Below, one piece after another: positions 36,490 to 45,855 of a DNA stretch of 64,000 nt (position 1 is the first letter of the stretch; each line of letters begins with the position of its first letter). The notes under the pieces are model-generated. The model ran no database searches and was not told the origin of the DNA. It worked only from the letters and a program-made list of their open reading frames with translations. A program made the translations under genes and the position numbers. This stretch comes from Pseudomonadota bacterium (GTDB taxonomy: Bacteria; Pseudomonadota; Gammaproteobacteria; Burkholderiales; Burkholderiaceae_C). The stretch is from NCBI GenBank assembly GCA_040386575.1, contig JAZKFI010000036.1:37716-101715 (forward strand). The letters run 5' to 3'.

Positions 36490-37476
36490 TCAGTCGGCAG
36501 TCGCGCCGGACAGCTCGACCAGGCGTTTCCAGACAGGGATTTCCTTGGCGATGAAGTCGCGGAACTGCGCAGGCGTGCCGGGTGCGGGCTCCGAACCCTG
36601 CTCGGCGAGAAGACGCTTGGTGTCGGGCTGCGCCAGGATCTTGTTGATGGCGGCATTCAGGCGCGCGACGATTTCCGGCGGCGTCTTGGCGGGAACCAGG
36701 ATGCCGTTCCACAACGTCACCTCATAGCCGGGCAGCGCTTCGTTGATCGCAGGTGTGCCGGGCAACTGGTCCGAGCGGCCCTTTGTCGTCACGCCAATCG
36801 CCTTCAACTTGCCGGCGCGAATATGCGGCAACACATCGACCAGCGGCGAGAAGATCGCCTCGATCTGGCCGCCCAGCACGTCAACGATGGCCGGGCCGCT
36901 GCCCTTGTAGGGCACATGGACCATGTTGGCCTTGGCCATGCTGTTGAACAGCGCGCCGGCGATGTGCAGCGACGAACCGTTGCCCGCCGATCCGTAGCGC
37001 ATCTCGTTGCGCGGATCGCGGATGTAGGTCATGAACTCGACCAGGTTGTTCACCGGTACCTTGGCATTGATCGCCAGTGCATTGGGGATGAAGGCAACCT
37101 GCGAGACCGGCGCGAAGTCTTTCTGGAAATCGTAGGAGAGCTTCTTGTAGAGACTGACATTGGTCACGTGCGTGCTGGTCGCGAGAAACAGCGTGTGGCC
37201 GTCCGGTGCAGCGCGCGCGGCCGCATCGGCGCCCAGGTTGCCGCCTGCGCCCCCACGGTTTTCAACGACAACGGTCTGGCCGAGTTCGTCCTTGAGCTTC
37301 GCAGCGAGCATGCGGCCCGTCACATCGGTGCTGCCGCCGGGCGCAAACGGAACGATCAGCGTGATCGGCTTGCTGGGCCATGCAGCCTGTGCAAGAACGC
37401 TGGCGGGCGCCAGGGCGCACAGCAAACCGGCCAGGGCCATTGCGCGGTGAACTGCGCGGCGTGTCGGATGAAACAT
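36490..37476 (-). CDS. Bug-family (TctC-like) substrate-binding protein
   Basis: 328 aa from MFHPTRRAVHRAMALAGLL with ITLIVPFAPGGSTD. Confidence 0.85.
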   Translation of the reverse strand: MFHPTRRAVHRAMALAGLLCALAPASVLAQAAWPSKPITLIVPFAPGGSTDVTGRMLAAKLKDELGQTVVVENRGGAGGNLGADAAARAAPDGHTLFLATSTHVTNVSLYKKLSYDFQKDFAPVSQVAFIPNALAINAKVPVNNLVEFMTYIRDPRNEMRYGSAGNGSSLHIAGALFNSMAKANMVHVPYKGSGPAIVDVLGGQIEAIFSPLVDVLPHIRAGKLKAIGVTTKGRSDQLPGTPAINEALPGYEVTLWNGILVPAKTPPEIVARLNAAINKILAQPDTKRLLAEQGSEPAPGTPAQFRDFIAKEIPVWKRLVELSGATAD

Positions 37477-37592
37477 CTGCTTGTCTCCTTGTAGTGAGGT
37501 GATCGTAGGAAGCGCCCCGCTCGTTGGCGAGTGCGCATTTGGGCGGGCGTTATGTCTTGCTGTTAATGCAGGGCGCGCAGGGTGGGCGCGCA

Positions 37593-38369
37593 TCAACGTC
37601 CCTGGAATTTCGGTGGGCGCTTCTCGATGAACGCGGCCATGCCTTCCTTCTGGTCTTCGGTGGAAAACAGCAGGTGCAGCGCCTTGGTCTCCAGCGCAAG
37701 ACCCGCGTCCAGCGGCAGGTCCATGCCACGCAGCGCGACGTCCTTCAACTGCTGCACGGCCAGCGGCGACAGGCTCGCGATCTCGCGCGCGAGTTCGACG
37801 GCGCGCGCATCGACCTGGTCGTCGGGGACGGCCTCGCTGGCAAGGCCCATCTCGAACGCTTCACGTCCGGAGAACATCGCGCCCGTGAGCAGGTATTTCA
37901 TCGCGCGGTGCTTGCCTATCGCGGCAACCAGCCGCTGCGTGCCGCCGCCGCCGGGAATGATGCCGATGCGAATCTCGGGCTGGCCGAAACGCGCGGTCTC
38001 GCTGGCGACGACCATGTCGCACAGCAGCGCCAGCTCGCAGCCACCGCCCAGCGCATAGCCGCGCACGGCGGCGATGACAGGCTTGGTGCAGGACGCGGTT
38101 GCGCGCCACAGGCCGAGAACGCCGCGCTCCATCATGTCCACGGTGCTCGCGTTCGCCATCTCCTTGATGTCTGCGCCGGCCGCGAAGGCGCGCTCGTTGC
38201 CCGCGATCACGACGACGCGCACATCGGCATCGTCGCTGGCCTGCGCGATGCATCGCACGAGCTCGCGCCGCAGCGCCATGGAGAGCGCGTTGCGCGCTTC
38301 AGGGCGATGGAGCCGAAGCAACCGAACACCAGGCGCCGGCTCTTCGACGAGCAGCACCTGTTGCGTCAT
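37593..38369 (-). CDS. Enoyl-CoA hydratase (crotonase family)
   Basis: 258 aa with FAAGADIKEM, AVRGYALGGGCELAL and a C-terminal EGMAAFIEKRPPKFQGR. It has an ATGA overlap with the upstream CoA-transferase gene. Confidence 0.9.
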   Translation of the reverse strand: MTQQVLLVEEPAPGVRLLRLHRPEARNALSMALRRELVRCIAQASDDADVRVVVIAGNERAFAAGADIKEMANASTVDMMERGVLGLWRATASCTKPVIAAVRGYALGGGCELALLCDMVVASETARFGQPEIRIGIIPGGGGTQRLVAAIGKHRAMKYLLTGAMFSGREAFEMGLASEAVPDDQVDARAVELAREIASLSPLAVQQLKDVALRGMDLPLDAGLALETKALHLLFSTEDQKEGMAAFIEKRPPKFQGR

Positions 38370-39592
38370 GGGGTATTCAACCCCGCCACGGCCTGACTCG
38401 CCAGCAGTGCATCGACCTCGTCGCCGGAGAAGCCGAATTCGCGCAATACCTCTACGCTGTGCTCGCCCAGACGCGGTGGCGGCTTGCGATACTCGGCGGG
38501 TGTGGCGTGGAAGTTCACCGGAAGCGCCAGCGTCTCCACCGTGCCTGCCGTCGGATGCTCCACTTCCACGATGGTCTTGTTGTGCCGCACCTGCTGGTCG
38601 CTACGCAAGGCGTGGTTCAGGTCCTGCACGCGCGCAGACGGGACGTTGAAACGCGCGAGGCGCTCCAGCCATTCATCGGTGGTGCGGGTGGCGAAGATGG
38701 CCTCCAGCTGCTCATCGACGAATTCGCGGTTGTTGCAGCGCGCGACGTTGTTGACCGTGCGGGCATCGGTCATCAGGTCGGGCCGCTCTACTGCGTCGCA
38801 CACCGAACCCCAGAACTTCTCGTTGAAGCACGCCAGGAAGAACGGCGCGCCATCGCTGCCCTTGTAATTGCGATACGGCACGAACGCGGGGTGGCCGCTG
38901 CCCAGGCGCGGAGGTGCCTTGCCCGAACGCAGGGTCTCGCCGTCGCGGGGAATGGAGCTGAAGATCGTTCCATTGAGCAGCGACAGGTCCAGCGACTGGC
39001 CCTGCCCCGTGCGCTCGCGGTGCAGCAGCGCTGCGCAGACACCGAACGCGAGCAGCGCGGCTGCGCCGAAGTCCGGATAGGGATGACCCACGCGAACCGG
39101 GTCGCCATCGGCATCGCCGGTCATGTGCATCAGGCCGCTGAGCGCCTGCACGATGGGGTCGTTGGCGGGCAGGTGCGCATAAGGGCCGCTCTGGCCGAAC
39201 GCGGAAATACTCGCGAAGATGATGCGCGGATTGACCTTGCGCAGCGCCTCGTAGCCGATGCCCAGACGGTCGAGCGTGCCGGGGCGGAAGTTCTCTGTCA
39301 CCACATCCGCCTGCGCGGCCATGCGCAGGAAAGCCTCGCGCCCTTCTGCTTTCTTCAGGTCCAGCCGCACGCTTCGCTTGTTGCGGTTCTGCGAAAGAAA
39401 GTTGGCGCTTTCGACGCCCACATACATGGTGCCCATGCTGCGCGACAGCTCGCCGCCCTGCAGCTCCTCGATCTTGATCACATCGGCGCCCAGGTCGCCC
39501 AGCATCATGGTTCCCACCGGGCCTGCCGTCATCACGGTCAGGTCGAGAATGCGCATCCCCGACAGCGGAAGCGCCTTGGTCTCATTGCTCAT
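38366..39592 (-). CDS. Family III CoA-transferase (CaiB/BaiF/Frc type)
   Basis: 408 aa with GMRILDLTVMTAGP...LGDLGADVIKIE and NRNKRS. Confidence 0.85.
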   Translation of the reverse strand: MSNETKALPLSGMRILDLTVMTAGPVGTMMLGDLGADVIKIEELQGGELSRSMGTMYVGVESANFLSQNRNKRSVRLDLKKAEGREAFLRMAAQADVVTENFRPGTLDRLGIGYEALRKVNPRIIFASISAFGQSGPYAHLPANDPIVQALSGLMHMTGDADGDPVRVGHPYPDFGAAALLAFGVCAALLHRERTGQGQSLDLSLLNGTIFSSIPRDGETLRSGKAPPRLGSGHPAFVPYRNYKGSDGAPFFLACFNEKFWGSVCDAVERPDLMTDARTVNNVARCNNREFVDEQLEAIFATRTTDEWLERLARFNVPSARVQDLNHALRSDQQVRHNKTIVEVEHPTAGTVETLALPVNFHATPAEYRKPPPRLGEHSVEVLREFGFSGDEVDALLASQAVAGLNTP

Positions 39593-39596
39593 CGTC

Positions 39597-40544
39597 TTAC
39601 TTCTTCAAGGCGGCGGCGATGCCGCTGGACATGCTGGCCATGGTTCGGCCGAACATCGGGCCGTCCATGTACTGCACTTCGAAATTGCTCTTGTTGACGA
39701 TGTTGCGGAAAGCCTCGGTCTCCATCGCCTTGCGCAGCTTCTCGTTGAGGTAGGTGTAGATCTCGTCGGGCAGGCCCGCAGGCGCGACAACACCCTTCAT
39801 GTTTTCCAGGTAGATGTCGTAGCCGAGTTCCTTGAGGGTGGGCACGTTCGGCAGGCCGGGAAAGCGGTCGTTCGAACTGAGCGTCAGCGGAATCAGCTTG
39901 CCGGTGTCGATCCAGCTCTTGAACTGGTCAGGCGACCCCAGGCCGATCTGCACCTGGTCGCCCAGCATGCCGGTCACCACCTCCGCATCGCCCTTGTAGG
40001 GCACGTGGAATGTATCGATGCCTGCAGCCTTGTTGACCATCAGCATCATCGAATGCGTGAGGCTGCCGACACCCGAGGTGCCGTAGGCCATCTTGCCGGG
40101 GTTGGCCTTGGCGTACTTCACCAGGTCGGCGAAGTTCTTGATCTTGCCGTCGTTCTTGACGACCACCATCATGCGTAGCCGGATGACGTGGCCGATCGGG
40201 CGGAAGCTGCTTTGCTTGTACGACACCTGCTGGTGATTGGGCAGCGACGTGCTCTCGCTGCCGCCGGCGACCAGCAGCGTGTAGCCATCGGGCGCGGCCC
40301 TGGAGACGGCGTCCGCAGCGATCACGCCGGATGCGCCGGGCTTGTTGATCACGACCATGGGCTGGGGCATGACTTCCTGCGAGCCTGCGGCGATGGCGCG
40401 GGCGATCACGTCGGTGCCGCCGCCAGGGCTGAAGCCCACGATCAGCTGGATCGGCTTGGTGGGCTCCCAGGTCTGCGCGACAGCAGTGCCTGCGAGCATG
40501 GCGCTACCCAAGAGGAAGCAAACGGTTCTGCGGCTGAACTTCAT
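39597..40544 (-). CDS. Bug-family (TctC-like) substrate-binding protein; first gene of the minus-strand array
   Basis: 315 aa with a signal peptide and the motifs IQLIVGFSPGGGTD and YGTSGVGSLTH. Confidence 0.85.
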   Translation of the reverse strand: MKFSRRTVCFLLGSAMLAGTAVAQTWEPTKPIQLIVGFSPGGGTDVIARAIAAGSQEVMPQPMVVINKPGASGVIAADAVSRAAPDGYTLLVAGGSESTSLPNHQQVSYKQSSFRPIGHVIRLRMMVVVKNDGKIKNFADLVKYAKANPGKMAYGTSGVGSLTHSMMLMVNKAAGIDTFHVPYKGDAEVVTGMLGDQVQIGLGSPDQFKSWIDTGKLIPLTLSSNDRFPGLPNVPTLKELGYDIYLENMKGVVAPAGLPDEIYTYLNEKLRKAMETEAFRNIVNKSNFEVQYMDGPMFGRTMASMSSGIAAALKK

Positions 40545-40729
40545 GTCCTGTGTCTCCTGATCGACGTTCCGTGCGCGGTACGTCCGCGCTACGTTCGAAG
40601 CATGTTAGGGACGCGTGCCGTTAACGGCGAATGCTCAATTGCACGCAGCCTATGACCTTGTGTTAACAGGTCGCGGGTTTCCGGCCGGTATGAATGCTTA
40701 GCATGTACGGGTAAGTGCGGAGAGGTCCG

Positions 40730-41045
40730 TCGGCGGCTGCCGTCGAAGACATGGATTGCGGATCAAGTCCGCAATGACAGTCCAGGGGGTTGTCATGCCG
40801 GACTCGATCCGGCATCCACTGCGAAGCGGCTGCTGCGCCTGATCAAAGATGGATCGCGGATCAAGTCCGCAATGACAGTCCAGTGGTTGTCATGCCGGAC
40901 TCGATCCGGCATCCACCGCGAAGCGGCTGCTGCGCCTGATCAAAGATGGATTGCGGATCAAGTCCGCAATGACAGTCCTCGGGGTTGTCATGCCGGACTC
41001 GATCCGGCATCCACCGCGAAGCGGCTGCTGCCCTTGAAGACAGCC
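40730..41045. repeat. Three tandem copies of a ~97-98-bp REP-like element, each with two strong hairpins
   Basis: Units start at 40751, 40849 and 40946 and are more than 90% identical. Each contains ATTGCGGATCAAGTCCGCAAT and ATGCCGGACTCGATCCGGCAT palindromes. A partial copy (GGCGGCTGC..GAAGAC) flanks both ends of the array. Confidence 0.85.
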
Positions 41046-41053
41046 CAACCGGC

Positions 41054-41935
41054 TCAGTCGGACGACGTCAGGATCTCGATGAACTTCTGCGCGTGCGTGC
41101 CGTGCCGGTCGAACACGGTGCGGGCGATGCTGGGTGCGAGCGGGATCTCATGGGCCAGCGGCCGGATCACGATGCCCGACCACGGCCCGCCCGCGGCCGT
41201 GTATTCATCGACGATGGCCAGCCCGGCGCCAGCCCGCACCAGTGAACACGCGATCTCCGTCTGCAGCACGTGGATGCGCGGCGCGGGCGTGAACCCGGCT
41301 TGCGCAAAGGCGGATTCGATCAGCTTGCCGAACTGGATGCTGGGGTTGTGCGTGATGAGCGGCACCGATGACAGGTCGCTGAAGGTGATGCTCTCGGCCG
41401 CGGCAAGCTCGTGCCCCTGCGGCATCACGCAGACCATGCGCCCGCGCCGGAACGTCTCCACCTTCAGGTGCGGATGCTCCAGCGGCAACACCGAGACCAC
41501 CAGGTCCACCTTGTTGCTCAGCACTTCCGCCGCCATCATGTGCATCAGCGTGGTGTGGTAATTCACCCGGATGCGCGGGTAGCGATCGACAAATCGGGCA
41601 ATGGCGCGCGGCACGATCCGGTAGCTCAGGCACGGACTCGACGAGATGTTCAGCGTGCCGGCAGGGCCGTGTGCCAGGTCGGCCGCAAAGTCGCTGACGC
41701 GCATCGCGTGCTGGTAGAAGTCGTCCACCTCGGTGAACAGGGCCTCGCCTTCGGGCGTGGGCACCAGCTTGCCCTTGGTGCGGTTGAACAGCTGGTAGCC
41801 CAGCCCCTGCTCCATGTGGGAGATGATGCGGCTCACGGCAGGCTGCGAGATGAACAGCATCCTGGAGGCGCCATTGATAGAGCCGGTCAGCATCACTGCC
41901 CGGAAGACTTCCATTTGTCGCAGCCGCAATGTCAT
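41054..41935 (-). CDS. LysR-family transcriptional regulator
   Basis: The start MTLRLRQMEVFRAVMLTGSINGASRMLFISQPAVSRIISHME was chosen by alignment with the paralog at 43080. An alternative ATG 7 codons upstream lies at 41956. Confidence 0.85.
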   Translation of the reverse strand: MTLRLRQMEVFRAVMLTGSINGASRMLFISQPAVSRIISHMEQGLGYQLFNRTKGKLVPTPEGEALFTEVDDFYQHAMRVSDFAADLAHGPAGTLNISSSPCLSYRIVPRAIARFVDRYPRIRVNYHTTLMHMMAAEVLSNKVDLVVSVLPLEHPHLKVETFRRGRMVCVMPQGHELAAAESITFSDLSSVPLITHNPSIQFGKLIESAFAQAGFTPAPRIHVLQTEIACSLVRAGAGLAIVDEYTAAGGPWSGIVIRPLAHEIPLAPSIARTVFDRHGTHAQKFIEILTSSD

Positions 41936-42155
41936 GTGCGCGAGTTTAGACGGCATGCAGGTGGCACTTAACCGAAACGCATACCCTGTGCCAGATTCAG
42001 CAAGCGACAGCGCGCGGCCCGCTTCCTAGTATCAGTCCCACGACAACGGAGCAGCCATGCGCAAACGAAGTTTCCTGGGCGCCCTTGCCAGCGCCCCTTT
42101 TGCAACCAGGTGGAAGGGCCTGGTCGAACTGTCGGGCGCCCAGGTCGAATAAGGT

Positions 42156-43025
42156 ATGCCGCTGGACTACGAGCGCCTGAAAAACTGGCGCGAGCCGCCC
42201 CTGCGGCATGCGTGGGAGGCGAAGGATTCGATCGTGTACGCCCTGGGCCTGGGCCTGGGCGCCGACCTGCAAGACCCGGTGCAGCTGCAGTTCGTCTACG
42301 AGCAGCGACTGCGGGCGCTGCCCACCATGGCCACCGTGCTCGCGCCGCGCTTCGGCTGGCTGTACCGCACGCAGGCGGGGATAGCTCCTGCGCTGTGCGT
42401 CCACGGCGATCAATCGCTGCGGCTGCATAGACCCCTGCCGGCCACGGGAGAAGTCATCGGCGACCTCGCGATCACGCACATCGAAGACAAAGGCTCTGGC
42501 AAAGGCGCGATCGTGCATTTCGATCGCACCCTGCGCGACGCAGTGGACGGCTCGCTGGTTGCAACGCTGGGCGCGACCATGTTCTGCCGCGGCCATGGCG
42601 GCTTTGGCGGTCGGGCGCAGGCGCCGCATCCCGCGCCAGCTCCACTTCCCTCGCGCGCGCCGGATGCGTCCTGGGAGTGGGCGACGTTCGCGCAGCAGGC
42701 CCTCCTTTACCGCCAGAGCGGCGACCGCAACCCGATCCACAGCGATCCTGCCGCTGCAGCAGCCGCCGGATTTGCGCGGCCCATCCTGCACGGCCTGTGC
42801 AGTTTCGGCATCGCCTCGTGCATCCTGCTCAAGGAGCGCATGGCCTGGGACCCGGGCGCGCTGGAATCGATTCGCGCCCGCTTCGTCTCGCCGCTCTATC
42901 CGGGCGAGACGCTGGTGCTGCAATGCTGGGACGAACCCGGGGGACTGCGCTTTCGCTGCCTGTGCAAGGAGCGCGCCGTCGTCGTGCTCGATCTCGGCCT
43001 GGCAAATGGTGCCGCCACGGCCTGA
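42156..43025 (+). CDS. MaoC-like double hot-dog hydratase/dehydratase
   Basis: 289 aa with ALLYRQSGDRNPIHSDP...GFARPILHG. It is colinear with the paralog at 24899-25768. Confidence 0.8.
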   Translation: MPLDYERLKNWREPPLRHAWEAKDSIVYALGLGLGADLQDPVQLQFVYEQRLRALPTMATVLAPRFGWLYRTQAGIAPALCVHGDQSLRLHRPLPATGEVIGDLAITHIEDKGSGKGAIVHFDRTLRDAVDGSLVATLGATMFCRGHGGFGGRAQAPHPAPAPLPSRAPDASWEWATFAQQALLYRQSGDRNPIHSDPAAAAAAGFARPILHGLCSFGIASCILLKERMAWDPGALESIRARFVSPLYPGETLVLQCWDEPGGLRFRCLCKERAVVVLDLGLANGAATA

Positions 43026-43079
43026 CGGCAATCGCCCCGCAGCGTTGCCCCATCCCGCGATAGCGGATACTTTGCGGCA

Positions 43080-43979
43080 ATGAAATTCAGACTCAGGCAA
43101 ATGGAGGTGTTCCGGGCAGTGATGCTGACCGGCTCCATCAAGGCTGCCGCGCAATTGCTGTTCGCCTCGCAGCCGGCGGTCAGCCGCATCATCTCGCACA
43201 CCGAGCAGACGCTGGGCCTGACCCTGTTCAACCGCGTCAAGGGCAAGCTGGTGCCCACGCCCGAAGGCGAGGCCCTGTTCGCCGAGGTGGACGAGTTCTA
43301 CCAGCAGGCCGTGAAGGTCGATGAATTCGCGCGTGCGCTGGCGCAGGGCCCGTCCGGCACGCTGCGCATCGCGGCCAGTCCCAGCCTGTCGCGCGGAATC
43401 ATGTCGCGCGCGATTGCGCAGTTCGTGCAGCGCTACCCGAAGATCCGCGTGAACTTTCGAACCACCCTGCTCAACAACATGCCCCAGGAGATCCTGAGCA
43501 ACAAGGTGGACCTGGGCGTCTCGGTGCATCCCATCGACCACCCCAACCTGCGCGTCGAGCCGTTCACGCGCGGACGCATGGTCTGCGTGGTGCCCCGGGG
43601 CCACCAGCTCGCCCAGATGGCCGCCGTGCCGCTGGCCGACATTGCACGCTACACGGTCATCTCGCACGACCCCGGCATTCCGTTCGGCCAGCTCATCGCC
43701 TCGGCCTTCGAGAAGGCGGGCGTCGAGCTCACCACGCGCATCAACATCCACCAGAGCGACATGGCGTGCTCGCTCGCGCGCTCGGGCGCAGGCGTGGCCA
43801 TCGTGGATGAGTTCACCGCCGAGGGCATGGGCTGGACCGACCTGCAAACACTGCCCCTGGCGGTGGACATCTGGCTGGAGCCGAGCATCGTGCGATCGGT
43901 CTTCGACAACGGCCGCACGCATGCCGAAAAGTTCATCGAGCTGCTGCGGCAGCAGGCCGCGCGCGACCGGGGCAATTAA
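43080..43979 (+). CDS. LysR-family transcriptional regulator (paralog of 41054-41935)
   Basis: 299 aa starting MKFRLRQMEVFRAVMLTGSIKAAAQLLFASQPAVSRIISHTEQ. By eye it is about 55-60% identical to the neighbouring LysR. Confidence 0.85.
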   Translation: MKFRLRQMEVFRAVMLTGSIKAAAQLLFASQPAVSRIISHTEQTLGLTLFNRVKGKLVPTPEGEALFAEVDEFYQQAVKVDEFARALAQGPSGTLRIAASPSLSRGIMSRAIAQFVQRYPKIRVNFRTTLLNNMPQEILSNKVDLGVSVHPIDHPNLRVEPFTRGRMVCVVPRGHQLAQMAAVPLADIARYTVISHDPGIPFGQLIASAFEKAGVELTTRINIHQSDMACSLARSGAGVAIVDEFTAEGMGWTDLQTLPLAVDIWLEPSIVRSVFDNGRTHAEKFIELLRQQAARDRGN

Positions 43980-44093
43980 CCTGACTGCATCCTGCACCCC
44001 ATAAACAGCACACGTTGCGGTGCGATGCGCAGGTAGATTCAACGAATGGCCCGCCACACCGGTGGGCCTGCATTTTGTTGATGGAACCCACGC

Positions 44094-44765
44094 ATGAGCC
44101 AGCCCTGCATTTTCGAGCGGCACGTACAAGCCGACCCCGCGCTCGTCGAGCGCCTTCGCCGCATCCCTGTCGCCAACATCAGCGACATGATGATGCGCCT
44201 GACTGCAGGAGGACCGCGCCTGCGGCCCATGCACGACGGCAGCCCGATGGCGGGCGTTGCACTCACCGTCAAGACGCGCCCTGGCGACAACCTGTTCGTG
44301 CACAAGGCGCTCGACCTGGCAAAGCCCGGCGACATCGTCGTGGTGGATGCAGGCGGCGACCTGACCAACGCGATCATCGGCGAGCTGATGACCAGCTACG
44401 CCGCGTCGCGCGGCATCGCAGGCCTTGTCATCAACGGCTCGGTGCGTGACGCGGACTTCCTGCGCAAGGCATCGCTTCCGGTGTTCGCTGCCGGTGTCTC
44501 GCACCGTGGCCCCTACAAGGACGGCCCCGGCCAGATCAACGTTGCGGTCAGCCTCGACGGCATGGTCGTGAACCCCGGCGACATCATGCTGGGCGATGGC
44601 GACGGCGTGCTGTGCATCCCGATGGACCAGGCTGCAGCCATCTGCGCCGCCGCCGAAGAAAAGCACGCACAGGAAGAACAGACGCTCAAGGCGATTGCAG
44701 CGGGCACGCTCGATACGTCGTGGATCGACGCCATGCTCAGGCAAAAGGGTTACATGGCGCCCTGA
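44094..44765 (+). CDS. RraA-family protein / 4-hydroxy-4-methyl-2-oxoglutarate (HMG/CHA) aldolase-like
   Basis: 223 aa with GDIVVVDAGGD...AIIGELM...GIAGLVINGSVRD, typical of the RraA/HMG aldolase fold. Confidence 0.75.
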   Translation: MSQPCIFERHVQADPALVERLRRIPVANISDMMMRLTAGGPRLRPMHDGSPMAGVALTVKTRPGDNLFVHKALDLAKPGDIVVVDAGGDLTNAIIGELMTSYAASRGIAGLVINGSVRDADFLRKASLPVFAAGVSHRGPYKDGPGQINVAVSLDGMVVNPGDIMLGDGDGVLCIPMDQAAAICAAAEEKHAQEEQTLKAIAAGTLDTSWIDAMLRQKGYMAP

Positions 44766-44914
44766 GTACGCCGGGCAGTTAACACAACTGCATATGCAGG
44801 GCCACAAACAGCACTGGCCCTGCAGCTCGCGCAAGCCTATCTTTCGCCTCATGCCGCGCATCGCCTGTATCGCGCGGCTTGTGAATTCACACCCAGGAAC
44901 CCAGGAAGAGCCCC

Positions 44915-45805
44915 ATGAAAATAGGATTGATCGGTCTCGGCAACATCGGCGTGCACTTCGGCACGCGCCTGCTCGCCGCCGGCCATGAACTGCACGTCAA
45001 TGACCGCAGCGCCGCAGCGCAGGAGCGCCTTGTCGCCAAGGGCGCGATCGCCGCAGCGGACGCAAAGGAACTCGCCAGCACCGTGGAAATCGTGCTGCTG
45101 TGCCTGCCCATGCCGCGCGTCGTGGCCGATGTGGCTGCGGAGCTTGCGCAAGGCAGCAAGGTGCGCATCGTCCTTGACCTGTCCACCACCGGCCCTTCGG
45201 TGACCAAGGAAGTCGAGGCGCTGCTCAAGGCAAGGAATATTGCACTGGTCGGCGCGCCCGTGAGCGGTGGCACCGCGAATGCCGAAAAGGGCGCCCTCGC
45301 CGTGATGCCCGCAGGCCCGTCGCAAGCCTACGAAGAAATCGAGCCGCTGCTGCGCGTGATCGGCAACAAGATCTTCTATCTCGGCGCCGACCCCAGCCTG
45401 GGCCAGACCATGAAGATCATCAACAACACGCTGTACGCGACCAGCATGATCGCCAGCCTGGAGACGCTGGTGTACGGCGTGAAGGCCGGCCTGGATGCCA
45501 AGACCATGCTCGACGTGATCAACGTATCGAGCGGCCGCTCGTTCGCCACGCTCGAGCGCATTCCGCAGTGCGTACTGGACCGCAGCTTCCCGGTGCGATT
45601 CACCACCGAGCTGCTGCACAAGGACGTCAAGATGTGCATCGACGAGGCCGAAAAGCTCGGCGCGCCACTGATGGTGAGTCCCGCCGCCCGCCAGTTCCTC
45701 GCCTTTGCCATGACGCAGGGCGACGGCGACAAGGACAACGTGTTCCCCATCCGTCATTTCGAGCAGTGGGCCGGCGTGCAGTTCGGCGAAAAGCCCGCCG
45801 CCTGA
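44915..45805 (+). CDS. NAD(P)-dependent oxidoreductase of the 3-hydroxyisobutyrate/6-phosphogluconate dehydrogenase family
   Basis: 296 aa with the Rossmann motif MKIGLIGLGNIG and the family-typical PVSGG and KD.. motifs. Confidence 0.8.
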   Translation: MKIGLIGLGNIGVHFGTRLLAAGHELHVNDRSAAAQERLVAKGAIAAADAKELASTVEIVLLCLPMPRVVADVAAELAQGSKVRIVLDLSTTGPSVTKEVEALLKARNIALVGAPVSGGTANAEKGALAVMPAGPSQAYEEIEPLLRVIGNKIFYLGADPSLGQTMKIINNTLYATSMIASLETLVYGVKAGLDAKTMLDVINVSSGRSFATLERIPQCVLDRSFPVRFTTELLHKDVKMCIDEAEKLGAPLMVSPAARQFLAFAMTQGDGDKDNVFPIRHFEQWAGVQFGEKPAA

Positions 45806-45855
45806 TCAAGCCCCTCCTGCCTTCACCTTATTCAATTCATCCCGGAGTTACCACC

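Noticed and set aside
40751-41045. Possible CRISPR array
   Set aside because: The ~97-bp units are directly adjacent with no unique spacers. The units are much longer than CRISPR repeats, and the window has no cas genes.
41997-44861. 954-aa ORF on the minus strand, the second longest in the track
   Set aside because: It lies antisense to three well-supported plus-strand genes (MaoC, LysR, RraA-like). Its Arg/Ala/Gly/His-rich composition has no recognisable motifs, which is typical of a high-GC shadow ORF.
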